Source of the DNA: Azolla caroliniana
Lineage: Eukaryota > Plantae > Polypodiophyta
Reading direction: 5' to 3'
DNA length: 64,000 nucleotides
NCBI GenBank assembly: GCA_043228905.1
Contig: JBHGNT010000013.1
Coordinates: 8,990,001 to 9,054,000, forward strand
Of the stretch, positions 9,842-22,501 are shown piece by piece. A program made the translations under genes and the position numbers. The notes beneath the pieces were generated by a model. The model saw only the letters and a program-made list of their open reading frames with translations, was not told the origin of the DNA and did no database searches. The stretch's first letter is position 1, and every line of letters starts with the position of its first letter.

Positions 9842-12595
9842 ATGGAGACTGTCAGTAAACAAGAGTATATGCGTATCCTCTCAGAACTTGACCTCCTAAC
9901 AACAAAATTTGTCGCATTGGAACAAGAGAATCAAAAACTTCTTGGCGACTTGCAACAAGTGAGTGTTGAAAAGGCACAACAACATGAGGAACTCTCGAAA
10001 CGTGTCCAACAACTTGAAGTTGTTGTGTTATCTCTTCGACAACAAGCTTCAACCTCTCAAAGTTTGTTGAAGGAAGCCAAAATTAGTTTACCAACAAATT
10101 TTGATGGTACAAGGTCTCAATTCCGAGGATTCATAAATCAGGTACGCCTTATAAATCATATGCACCCCAACCGATATCCAACTGACACAACTCGAGTGGG
10201 GTTAGTTGGAACATTATTGACAAGAACCGCACTAGCATGGTTTGCACCATTGCTAGAGAAGAAATCCCCAATACTAGAAAACTTTGATACCATTATCAAC
10301 GAATTCCAAGCTAGTTTTGAAGATACTAATAGTGTAAGAACATCAATAAACAAGATACGTAGGTTGCGCCAAGGAGATCGGCCAGCCTCAACTTATGCAA
10401 CTGATTTTCGTCTTCTTGCTTGTGATATTCCTTGGGATGAAGCGGCGTTGATGGACTTGTTTCAACATGGTTTGCATAATGATGTTAAAGACTTGCTCTT
10501 AACATTTCATGATGAACCTAAATCACTGACATAAGCTATTAGCCGTGCAGTTCGATGTGACAATCGTTTGTTCGAAAGACGTTCTAAGCGCCAACAAACG
10601 TCAACAGGCCTTAGATCTGAGCAAACATATGCTTCAACATTAGCCTCACCACCTTTAGGACCAATGCAAGTTCCTAATCCTAATTCTTTTAATGGACCTA
10701 CTCCAATGGAGATTGATGCAGCCCGTCGTCGAGGTCCTTTGTTCGAAGCCGAGAAACAACGACGTTGAGCAAATCGACTTTGCCTATATTGTGGTGGTCT
10801 AGGACACATAACAATACATTGTCCACATCGACCAAAGAGACAATTAAATCAAGTAAGTGTTGTTGAGAATTTTGATTCATGTTCTCTAGTCAAAGTCAAT
10901 AAACAAAGAACTCTTGTCAACGACCATCAGTGCAATAATTTTGATGTTCGAAGCAAACTAGATGAGTTGTTAAACGAGTAAGTCCAGCCAAAATTGGAGC
11001 CATTTGGTTGAACCAACCAAAGCATATATAACTTTTTCCGAGCTTAGGTTTTGTTTCATCAAACCAAGTCAATGAAGTTTTCACAACACAAGTTCAACTC
11101 AGCACATCAAGATGTCATCAAGTTCTTGCATCTGTGCTCTTGTATTCAGGACCCAACTCATATTTCATGGATCGGGATTTTGCCACAACACAAGAAATTC
11201 TACTCTATAAGCTTCCTCGTAGAACATCGGTAGCAATAATTGATGGACGTTCTATTGCATCCAGAGATATTACTGAAGAATCAGAACCTATTCATGTAGT
11301 TCTTGGTAATTTAGCTACTGTCATATCTTTTAATATCATAAGAAGTCCCGAACATCCAATTGTTCTTGGGTTGTCGTGGTTTGAACTTCATAATCCAAAG
11401 ATTGATTGGAAGAAGCGTGAAATCATAGACTCACGAGACAACAACAATTCAAGGCTCATCACTACATCAACCTCAAAGCTAACACCAAGACATATATCAA
11501 CTATCTCTCTCCAAAGATTATGTGAAGAAGCTAGAGTAGAAGACATGTTATTGTTCGTAGTGGTCATAAACCCGTTTTCAAACCCACAAGATTCTGACGT
11601 TCATTTACCATCAAAGTATCAAGAATTCTCCGATGTGTTTGATAAGGTAAAGGCCAATACAATTCCTGATCATTGGCCATATGATTATCCCATTGATTTG
11701 CATTCCGAGAAGGAACCACCATGGGGATCAATTTATAACCTTTCGCCATCAGAATTGAAAGTTCTTCGAGAATATATTGATGAGAATCTTGCAAATGGCT
11801 TTATTCGACATTCTTGATCACATGTTGGTGCTCCTATTTTTTTCGTTAAGAAGAAAGATAGCTCTTTACGTTTGGTCGTAGATTATCGACTCTTGAACAA
11901 GGTTATGGTCCGAAATCAATATGCTCTACCATTGATTCCAAATCTCTTGGAACGTCTCAGTGGGGCAAACTACTTCACAAAGGCTAGACTTACGAGGAGC
12001 TTACAACCTTGTTCGCATTCGACCTAGTGATGAATGGAAAACTGCTTTTGGCACGCAATATGGTCACTTCGAGTACACAGTAATGCCATTCGGTCTTCCA
12101 AATGCTCCAATAGTTTTTCAACATATGGCCAATGATATCTTTCAAGATTTCCTTGATATCTTCATAATCATTTATTTGGATGACATATTAATCTACTCGA
12201 AGACACAAGAGGACCATGATAACCATGTTCGACAAGTTCTACAACAATTACGGGAATTTGACCGCAATCAAGTGGAATTTCTAGGATATGTGGTCTCTCT
12301 GGAAGGTATTTCTATGGATCCAAAGAAAGTACAAACAGTTCTAGATTGTAAGAAACCAGGCTCAGTTCGCGATCTGCAATGTTTCTTGGGAGTTGCAAAT
12401 TTCTACCGCAAATTCATCAAGAGCTACTCACAAGTTGTTTTGCCCCTCACAGAACTAACATAGAAGAACCGACCATTTGTATGGACGTCAAGCACAGCCA
12501 AGGCATTTGATAGCTTGAAGCAAGCATTTACATCTCCTCCCATTTTGGTCCATGTTGGCCTTGAAAAGCCGTTTATCATAGAAGCAAATGCATCT
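9842..12595 (+). pseudogene. Chromovirus gag-PR-RT
   Basis: FDGTRSQFRGF and GPTPMEID gag motifs, PIVLGLSW protease, [29 protein letters not shown]; stops and frameshifts. Confidence 0.93.
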
Positions 12596-12682
12596 TATTT
12601 GTGAGTTCTAGACCGTGAGGCCAATACAAGGAGTGCGAACGGTATACAATCGGTGGGTGAATGTGAGATTAAGAGTGAGAAT

Positions 12683-12722
<40 letters not shown>

Positions 12723-12802
12723 TACAAAGTTTAGAGAGAGAGAAATAGACTAAAAACTAATTCATATTAAGAAACTTAAAAAGTAATACAAAGAAATGGT
12801 CG

Positions 12803-12847
12803 ATGTGGCAAACTAGTTTCACTCCTAAGGAGCTCATCAGTGCACAT
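12803..12847 (-). ncRNA. Type I minimal hammerhead ribozyme
   Basis: Minus strand reads ATGT-GCA-CTGATGA-GCTCC-TTA-GGAGT-GAAAC-TA-GTT^TGC-CACAT: intact core, stem II, stem I and palindromic stem III. Confidence 0.9.
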
Positions 12848-12907
12848 GAGCATATAGAATTGGAGGGGTTTATATAGGGAAGATAAGCGATGAGAGAGAG
12901 AGAAAGA

Positions 12908-12944
<37 letters not shown>

Positions 12945-13711
12945 TATGTGTGTGTTCAAATTTGATGACGTACTAGGAGATATGGGGTTTGATATATTTG
13001 GTGTGGGATAGAAGATTTTATGGGCTTATTTGAAAAACATGTAGGGGAGTGTGAGAGAGAAAGAGAGAGGAAGGGTAGGAGAGAAGTGTGTGAGGTGGGA
13101 GTTAGGGATGGTGAAGTATGTTAGATTGTATGGAGATCTTTGAAAAAAGGAGGGGGGTAGGAAGAATTGGAGGGTAGATTGGAAATTAAAGTGGAGGAGT
13201 AAAGGGTAGAGTGAGATTAAGAAGAATGAAAGGGGGAGGGGTACGAGAAAATTCCTAAAAGAGGGAGGGGTATGAATGTAATTCTTAAAAAAAGGAAGGG
13301 GGAAAGGGGTAGATTGAAATTAGTGAACGAGCCAGGGGTAGAGTAAATTATCAAAATGCGAATGAAGTGAAAAGATCACCAAGAACGATTCAAGCGCGCC
13401 CAAATCGTTTCATATACTTGGCGTGAGTTAGGGAAAGGTAGGGGTAAAGTTAGAGTGGCAATGAAAAAGTAAAGGGAGGGGTAGGGTTTAGGTTATTACC
13501 ACCCTACCCCTAACCTTAACCCTCCCTAGCTCACACCAAGTGTATCAAACGGTTTGGGTGCGCTCAAATTGTTCTTGGTGAACTTTTCACTTCACCCCCA
13601 CTTTGTCAATTTACCCCCTTACCCATCCCTTACCTTCCTAAATTACCCTCCTACCCTTCCCTCTCAGTTTTTCAAAATTACCTTCCCCCTTAATTTTTAA
13701 AAATTACCTTT

Positions 13712-14055
13712 TGTTGAGTAGCAAGCTCAACCGGAGCCAGATCGGTTGAATAAGCCTGAGCCGGTAAGCGAGATGAATCGGTATGCCGGTGAGCAACTGA
13801 GCCGGTAAGCAGTAAGGACCGGTGAGCTGGGGAGCCGGTATGCTGGATCCAATCCATAACCGAAAGCCTAGTATAGGTTAGACTACTAGGCAGTTATAGT
13901 CTCATAGTTTGTGTCAGACGCTCGTGTGAACATTGAAGTACACCGTACTTCTAACAATCCCGTGTGGACTTGTATAAATAGCGTTGATGAGTGCGTTGTA
14001 GACACAGAGTATACAGAGTATAGAGTATTCATATAATTTTGAAAAATAGTGTATT

Positions 14056-14096
<41 letters not shown>

Positions 14097-17000
14097 CGTA
14101 CTCTCTCTCTCTCTCTGTGTGTATTGTTCATTCTAACGCTTCCGCAAGCAATCTTTCACATGGTATCAGAGCGCGTGGGTTGAGAACCTCTGTTGTAGAC
14201 GTCTACGCTTGTGAAGGAAACCCTAACAGATCGGAAAATAGACACAAAAGGAGAAATGGACAAAGGTATGGCTACGTTGCTCCCGGTGGAGAAGCTCGAT
14301 AGAACCAACTATGCATCTTGGTCATACAAGATGCACCAGTACCTGCATGGGCATGGCTACTGGAGTTATGTCAACGGAGTGAACGACTCATCACCGGAGA
14401 TGACACACAAGGACTTCCCAGTGTGGGAACAGGCGGCAAGCAGGGTGATGTACTGCTTCGCGTGCAGTGTCGGTGACCAGCTGCTCAGCCATATCCGTGA
14501 TGCCAAGACACCGAAGGATGCTTGGGGAAACTTGAAAAAGGTCTTCGCCGCAAGCACCACTACCCGGAAGCTGCAACTCAGACAAGAGTTGAGCAATGTT
14601 CGACGGAAGAACATGTCGGTGGCAGATTACACAAACCGGATCAAAGGGATCTGTGACTCGCTTGCCTCTATTAACGTCACCGTAGAGGAAGACGAGATGG
14701 TGCAGGTCTGTCTTGGAGGCCTGGCATCCAAGTTCGGACCTTTCCGGACTGCGGTTTGTACAAGGGAGAATACGCCCTCATTTTTCGACTTACAGTCGAT
14801 GCTCGTTGTAGAGGAGAACCACGCCGGTGCATCTACCAGTGCATCCCCAGACAGCCGGATGTTGTACATGGGAGCGGATCGGTCCCGCGGGCGTGGTGGA
14901 CGAGGGAGGTCAGCACGCAATGGAGGCGGCCGACAAGAGCAGGAACGAAGGCACAGTGAGCATGCCGACAGCAGTTTCGGGACTTCCTCAAGCAGGGGGA
15001 GTCAAGGTGGTGCCAGAGGCCGGCAAGACAAATCCGCTACGGAATGTTGGTACTGTGGCAAAAAGGGCCACAAGGAAAGCGAGTGCTAGAGAAAGCGTGC
15101 CGATTCGGACAAATCCGAATACGGCAAGACCGGTAAGGAAGGCCGGCAAAGCTCGCACTACGCAAACAGATCGAGAGGATCCAAGAACGGTAAGGGGCCA
15201 GCCTTGGTGATGAAGCACAAGGCAAACTCAATGAAGAAGACCACTTCCAAATCAGAGGAAGTGTGGTACGTTGACTCCGGCGCATCGAACCACATGACGA
15301 GCCACGGGGAGTGGTTCTCCTTTTTGGAGAAGCCGGATCAACCGGGAGTTGTCGAAACCGGAGACGACACTCCCCACCCGATTGTGCACATCGGAGAAGT
15401 CCCTTTGAGCCACGTCGGACAGAGGGGGAAGCTAATGAATGTATTACATGTTCCGACGATCACGAAGAACCTGGTGTCGGTCAGACAGATTGTCGACCAA
15501 GGGATGCAAGTGCGGTTTACGCACCTCGGGTGCTTCATTGAGGATGAGGGTGAAGTTATTGCGCAAGGGCGCAGAGATGGGAGGATGTTTATCCTTAACA
15601 CCAATGACGTCGGCACCGCACTGTTCGCCAAAGGACAGAAGGTCGAGTTGGATATCGACCTGTGGCACAAGCGGATCGGCCACGTCAACTACCGGAGGCT
15701 TCAAGACCTGCAAACGGAACAAGTCATTTTCGGTTTGCCGAAGTTTAGCGGCCAGAGAGCCTAGATTTGTGAAGCCTGCCAACTCAGGAAGCAACACCGG
15801 CTTCCATTCACCACCGAAAGAAATCAAAGCCGTAACAAGCTCGATCTTATCCATTCGGATGTGTGGAGACCGGCACAAAATGTTAGCATTGGAGGGAGTC
15901 GATATTTTGTCTCCTTCATCGACGACTACACGCGGCATACGTGGATTTACCTCATTGAGCGGAAGAGCGAAGTCTTCGAGTGTTTCCGGAGCCTCCAGAA
16001 GATGGTGGAACGGGAATCGGAGAGGAAGATCAAATGCCTACGGTCGGATGGCGGAAAAGAGTATTTTTCCGGCCAATTCAACAGCTATCTGCAACAAAAA
16101 GGAATTCGGCGAGAATTCAGCTGCAGATACACACCGCAACAAAATGGTGTAGCCGAAAGGAAGAATCGATCGCTGATTAACGCGGCTAGGGCAATGCTGG
16201 AGGAAAAGAGCATGCCCAAGTTCTACTGGGCAGAGGCGGTCCAAACGGTCGTTTACATCCAGAACCGAATCGGGGACAAGGTGTCAGCTCACGAGCTGTA
16301 TTTCGGGCGCAAGCCGAATTTGAGACACCTCTGGATATTCGGCAGCATAGCCTATGTACATGTGCCGGATGAGAAGCGGAGAAATCTCGATGCAAAATCA
16401 GAAAAATGCATCCTAGTCAGCTATGCTCATGAGCAAAAGGGGTATAAGTGTTATAACCCCCGGACGAAGCAGGTCCGAGTCAGCCGAGATGTCGAGTTTA
16501 ATGAATCGGCATCGTGGTATTCCTTACCGACTCCGACTTCCGATCCCGACCCGATGTCGGAGGATGGGGCTAGTGAGCCTGAACCGGCCTAGGTAGAGAA
16601 AGATGAAGCCGGGACTCAAGATGAGAGTCTGGAATCGTTCCGGTTAAGCAGACCGAATGAGAGACTAGATTAGTCCAACCAATCGGATGATGAAATGGCA
16701 AGTAGTGGAGACTTTGTCGTGCTCTCCCCGCACAAGGAACTGAGGAGACGGTTCACACGCAAAGAGAAAGGGAAGAAGAAGATGCCGGAATTCGAGACCG
16801 GCAATGATGAGTCGGATTGGTGTGTATCTGACCTCGGCAAGGACATAGGCAGATCTTCGGGAACGAAGACCAAACCGGCCAAGAAGGGTCTCATACCGGG
16901 TAACGGTGAGTTACGTCAATCCACCCGCCAGAAGGATCTCGTTAAACGGTATGGGTATAATGAGTACATGGCGCATCATTATGCGTACATGACCAAGGTC

Positions 17001-19667
17001 GCGAAAGTGCGTGAGCCGGAGAGCTACGCAGAAGCGGCAAAGGACGCAAATTGGCGTGCCGCTATGGAGGAAGAAATGCGGGCACTGGATGCCAACGGAA
17101 CTTGGGACCTAGTTGACCCTCCCCGTCACTGTAAACCGATCAGATGCAAGTGGGTGTACAAGGTAAAGTACAATGCCGACGGTACAGTTAACCTGTACAA
17201 GGCCCAGTTAGTGGCGAAGGGATATGCGCAGACCCACGGAATCGACTACGACGAGACCTTCACTCCTGTAGCGAAGATGACGACGGTTCGTGTGGTACTT
17301 GCGGTTGCTGCGGCAATGGGGTGGCATCTTCATCAGATGGATGTGAAGAATTCCTTCCTTCAAGGAGATCTTGAAGAAGAAGTCTTTATGACTCAGCCCC
17401 CAGGATTTCTGTCGGCGGTATGCCGGCTGAGGAAGTCATTGTACGGCTTGAAGCAAGCCCCCCGTGCTTGGAATGCTAAGATCACGCATCGGTTGCGAAA
17501 GATGGGGTTTGTTGCCTCAAAGTCGGACTCTTCCATGTTCATCCGTCAAGGCTCAAACGGTCCGGTATGTATCTTACTCTATGTTGATGATTTAGTCATC
17601 ACCGGCCCAGGTCTTCCGGAAATCAACCACGTCAAGTCCTAGTTGTCGGACGCATTCGATATGAAGGACTTGGGGGACCTTCATTATTTCTTGGGGATCA
17701 AGGTAATCCACACCCCCGACGGCATATTGCTTTCTCAACGCCATTATGTGTTGAATATGATGTACAAGTTCGGCATGACGGAATACCAACCTGTCTCCAC
17801 TCCCCTGGACCAACCAGAAGATCCGTCCCAACTCCGGACCGGCCTGCAATGAGAAAAGGTTCCGACAAATAGTCGGAAGCCTGATCTACTTGACCATCAC
17901 CCGACCCAACATTAGCTATCCGGTCGGACTGGTAAGCCAATTCATGCAAAAGCCGATCATGGAGCACCTTCAGTGCGCGCAACGAATACTGAGGTATGTA
18001 AGCGGCACTTTCAACCGAGGGCTCTTATACCGGCAAGGTATAACCGAAGAGCTTGTGGGCTACACGGATGCCGACTGAGCTGGCGATGCATCGGATCATC
18101 GCTCAACTTCCGGCTTTATGTTTTCTCTTGGGAGCGCGGCTGTTGGGTGGAGCAGCAAAAAGCAGCCAACAGTGGCTCTATCCAACACTGATGTTGAATA
18201 CCGGGGCGCGACCGTTGCCACCTGCAAAGCCATTTGGCTTCAGTGACTGCTGCAAGACCTACGGATCGAGGTACCGACCCCGATCCTGATCTACTGCGAT
18301 AACCTCAACAGCATGCAGCTCGCCAAGAACCTTGTGTTCCATGCTCGCACAAAGCACATAGAAGTGCATTATCACTTCGTGCGTGAGCAGGTCCTGAGCA
18401 GTGAAGTTGAACTACAGTATGTTCACACAGATCGGCAAATTGCCGACATCTTCACCAAGCCGCTCAGGTCGGACAAGTTGCAGCACTTTACTGAAATGCT
18501 TGGTGTTCAGCATCTCGACGTGCCGCACTTGAGGGGGAGACGCAAGGGCAAAGACACTACCAAAACGGGCAAAGGAAAAAAAACTGTTGAACCCGTAGGT
18601 AAGAGAAGAACCGGTAGAGGTGGAGACAAGAAGAAAAATGAAGTCGAGTCGACGAAGGAAGTCGGCACATCCGAGCAGGTCGGAGTGAGCGGCTGTGAAG
18701 AAGAAGTGTACACTCAAGGTGAGAAGTGCATGCTATTCGGAGGTCATTGCGCAGAGTCGAATGAAGAATTCGACTTCGGTGAACCGGTTGAAGAAGCCAA
18801 GGGAAGCACGGAGAAGGCCAAGACCCGGACGTGGTCCGATGTGGTGAGAGGCCTGAAGCCGAAAATCGAATCGGAGGATACCAATTCGGACAAGAGCTGG
18901 AATGAGTCGGAGACAGCCGATTCGGATCAACAGACGGATCCGGATGAGTCGGATCAACTAGAGGCCAAGGAGACACAGACGCAGCGGAAGTCAATGCCAT
19001 CGCGGAGGAACCAACGGATCGGCAAGCACCGGAGTCATAGCAGCGAAGGAGCTGAGATGGGCCTATTCAGCAGACATGTTGAAGGTCGAGGCGCGCAGAA
19101 CCAAAGGGGTCGCGGCAAACGGGACCAGACTGGACAAGGACCGAGAGCAAGGCGAAGCGACGCCAGGAGAAGTCGGTTGGAAGAACCGGCTGCCACAGAG
19201 GTTGACACTACGACCCTACCTCAGGTTGAGCTTGAGGGGGAGTGTTGAGCGGCAAGCTCAACCAGAGCCAGATCGGCTGAATAAGCCTGAGCCGGTAAGC
19301 GAGATGAATCGGTATGCCGGTGAGCAACCGAGCCGGTAAGCAGTAAGGACCGGTGAGCTGGGGAGCTGGTATGCCGGATCCAATCCGTAACCGGAAGCCT
19401 AGTATAGGTTAGACTACTAGGCAGTTATAGTCTCGTAGTTAGTGTCAGACGCTCATGTGAGCATTGAAGTACACCGTAGTTCTAACAGTCCCGTGTGGAC
19501 TTGTATAAATAGCGCTGATGAGCGCGTTGTAGACACAGAGTATAGAGTATTCATATAATTTTGAAAAATAGTGTGTTCTCGCTCTCTCTCTCTCTTTGTC
19601 TCTCCCACGTACTCTCTCTCTCTCTGTGTATTGTTCTTTCTAACGCTTCCGCAAGCAATCTTTCACA
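13712..19667 (+). mobile_element. Full-length Ty1/copia LTR retrotransposon (copia-2)
   Basis: LTRs 13712-14160 and 19243-19667; PBS TGGTATCAGAGCGC 14161-14174; PPT 19234-19242; perfect TSD CCTTT. The empty site is visible at ~21612-21630. Confidence 0.98.
14256..19248 (+). pseudogene. copia-2 gag-pol with long C-terminal extension
   Basis: All domains in GAG-PR-INT-RT-RH order (WYVDSGASNHM, RSDGGKEY, KWVYKVK, QMDVKNSFL, YVDDL, HARTKHIEVHYHF); several stops and frameshifts. Confidence 0.96.
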
Positions 19668-20440
19668 CCTTTCTACCCCTCCTCCCACTTTTTCTTATTG
19701 CCACCCTACCCCTCCCCTAAACCCCCAGCTCATTTCTTAAAAACTAAACACCCTACCCCCACCCCTCCTCTCTCTAAATCTTTTTCTTTTTTCCTCTCTC
19801 ACACTTAAGCTATCACTTCTCTCTCTCTTAGTTTTTCCTTTCCTCTCTCAAAATCTTTTCCTATCCTATTTTATCCACCTTTCTATTTTTGTTTTTTTCC
19901 CTTCCCCCTTTTTCTTTTCCTCTTTCCCCACGCTTGTCTCTCTCCCTTACCTCTCTCCTATTTCCTTTCTCTCTCTTACTTTGTCTAGTTTACACATGCA
20001 TCTCTCTCCTCGCTCTACCCTCTTTCTCTCTCTTACTTTTTCTCTCGTTTTCCCACCCTTGATCTTCGTAGATCTACTCACTCCCCTTATGTCTACTCAT
20101 TCCTCTCTCTCTCTCTCTTGCCTCTTTCCTTCCTTTCTCATCATCTCACATATTTTCCTTATTTCCCCCTCAATCTCAACTCCCCTTTGAATATTTCCCC
20201 TCATTTTACATTTCATATCCTAACTCTCTCTTTTCTCCTTATCTCTCGTTAACATTATAACCTCTTTTCCCTTATACCAAAACCTCCCCCTTGTCACATT
20301 AAAGCTCATAATATCCTTTTCCTTCTTCTCCAAATCTTCCCCTTTTCAAATCATATCCATAAGCACACACCCCCACTCCCTATTGTCATTTCTCTAAACC
20401 CTCTCCTAAAACTCCTTATATAAACCTATCCACCCCTAAT

Positions 20441-20495
20441 GGTCATTTTAACACTGATGAGCCCCGTGGTGGGCGAAACTAGTTTGCTCATGACC
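20441..20495 (+). ncRNA. Type I minimal hammerhead ribozyme
   Basis: GGTCAT-TTTAA-CA-CTGATGA-GCCC-CGTGGT-GGGC-GAAAC-TA-GTT^TG-CTC-ATGACC. Predicted cleavage after 20484; TATATAAA at 20417. Confidence 0.85.
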
Positions 20496-21812
20496 ATATC
20501 CCCATGTAACTTCTTTTTCAATCTTAATGATAATTAGTAATAGCTTTGCTCTTAATCAATCTCTCTTGCTCTCTCTCTCTCTCTCTCTCTCATGCTCTCC
20601 AAACCATGCACCGATGATACACCATTCGCACTCCTTGTCAACGATCGTATGATCAACAAAACTCATGATCCCGCATTCTCTATGGAGGCCCATGTATCGG
20701 GGATAGGCACCCACGGTGAGATAGCATCGTCAACCACCGAGCCCTCGTTTCGTGCTGAGTGCCCCCACAAAACATTTTGTGGCTTTGCAATGGTGTCATC
20801 GACTTGTCTCTCATGTCCTCTCACATAACAAGCTCTCAACACTCTACCTTAATTTTTGCACATCATTATGTTGTAAGCATGGGACTACATTCGGTAGCCA
20901 TGCATTTTCCCATTTCTTATCCCTCTTTCATTGTATATGTTCGGGACTACATTTGGTAGCCGACATTATTTTCATTTTGTATCTCAAACCCTAAACTATA
21001 TCGCCAATCACAATGCTTGTCACTACATCCCTACATATGCACTCACTCCTTGTGAGATTTTTCATATTTTTAACCCTACCCCTCCCCTACTTTCTCCTAT
21101 TTTTTGCCCTACCCCTAATACTTTCTTCTATTTTCAACCCTACCCCTCCCCTACTTTCTCCTATTTTCGGCCCTACCCCTAATACTTTCTCCTAATCTCA
21201 GCCCTACCCCTTCCCCTACTTTTTCATATTTTTACTTATACCTCTCTCCTACACTTTTATTAAAAACATAAGCTTTAGATTATATTTACCCATTACCCCC
21301 GTCATCAATTTCCATATATTTTTCTTGGTTGCCCCATATGTTTTTCTTCTCTCTCTCTCTCTCTCTCTCTTACCTCTACCTCTGCCTTTACTTTTTATTA
21401 CCACCCTACCCCTAACCTTAACCCTCCCTAGCTCACACCAAGTGTATCAAACGGTTTGGGTGCGTTCAAATTGTTCTTGGTGAACTTTTCACTTCACCCC
21501 CACTTTGTTAATTTACCCCCTTACCCATCCCTTACCTTCCTAAATTACCCTCCTACCCTTCCCCCTCAGTTTTTCAAAATTACCCCCCTACCCTTCCCCC
21601 TTAATTTTTCAAAATTACCTTTCTACCCCTCCTCCCACTTTTTCTTATTGCCACCCTACCCCTCCCCTAAACTCCCCCCTCATTTCTTAAAAACTAAACA
21701 CCCTACCCCCAACCCTCCTCTCTCTAAATCTTTTCTTTTTTTGCTCTCTCACACTTAAGCTATCACTCTCTTAGTTTTTCCTTTCCTCTCTCAAAATCTT
21801 TTCCTATCCTAT

Positions 21813-22294
21813 TTTTTCAACATATGGCCAATGATATCTTTCAAGATTTCCTTGATATCTTCATAATCATTTATTTGGATGACATATTAATCTACTCGAA
21901 GACACAAGAGGACCATGATAACCATGTTCGACAAGTTCTACAACAATTACGGGAATTTGACTGCAATCAAGTGGAATTTCTAGGATATGTAGTCTTTCCG
22001 GAAGGTATTTCTATGGATCCAAAGAAAGTACAAATAGTTCTAGATTGGAAGAAACCAGGCTCAGTTCGCGATCTGCAATGTTTCTTGGGAGTTGCAAATT
22101 TCTACCGCAAATTCATCAAGAGCTACTCACAAGTTGTTTTGCCCTTCACAGAACTAACATAGAAGAACCGACCATTTGTATGGACGTCAAGCACAACCAA
22201 GGCATTTGATAGTTTGAAGCAAGCATTTACATCTCCTCCCATTTTGGTCCATGTTGGCCTTGAAAAGCCGTTTATCATAGAAGCAAATGCATCT
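21813..22294 (+). repeat. 482-bp direct duplication of chromovirus RT 12114-12595
   Basis: Colinear, with a few substitutions. Both copies share the same RT deletion (QQLRE|FD.NQVEFLG). Confidence 0.95.
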
Positions 22295-22309
22295 AATTTT
22301 GCACTAGGA

Positions 22310-22501
22310 CCCTCTCATCCTTTGTAACACCCATTAAGATAAACTAAAACAAACTATACTTGTGGGATTCACAAGTTTCTATCTCTCTTTCTAATAATCT
22401 ATTCATAACTAGACTCATCTCAAATTCTTCTTCCTCCTAGTCCAAAACCCCGACGGTTCCCAACCGGCTCACGCAACGATCCGGCGCCGAAAGGCACGAT
22501 A
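22310..22501 (+). mobile_element. 3' end of an LTR of the tRNA-Trp gypsy family, replacing most of the chromovirus RNase H
   Basis: CTTCCTCCTAGTCCAAAAC...CCGAAAGGCACGATA matches the LTR ends at 24336 and 30670. Chromovirus pol resumes at ~22502 (GLSRHSYFAPKPGD). Confidence 0.8.

Larger units (their letters stand above)
12596..21812. mobile_element. Non-coding hammerhead-bearing insertion with Penelope-like/retrozyme architecture (interrupted by copia-2)
   Basis: Inverted diverged arm 12596-13493, then a ~1.94-kb + strand unit (13494-13711 plus 19668-21394), then a partial direct repeat of the unit start (21395-21812). One hammerhead per arm. Flanked by a 482-bp duplication of the host RT. 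Confidence 0.75.

Noticed and set aside
13515-13565. Possible second ribozyme around CAAACGGTTTG, conserved in all three arm copies
   Set aside because: No CUGANGA core could be placed, although the block is conserved.
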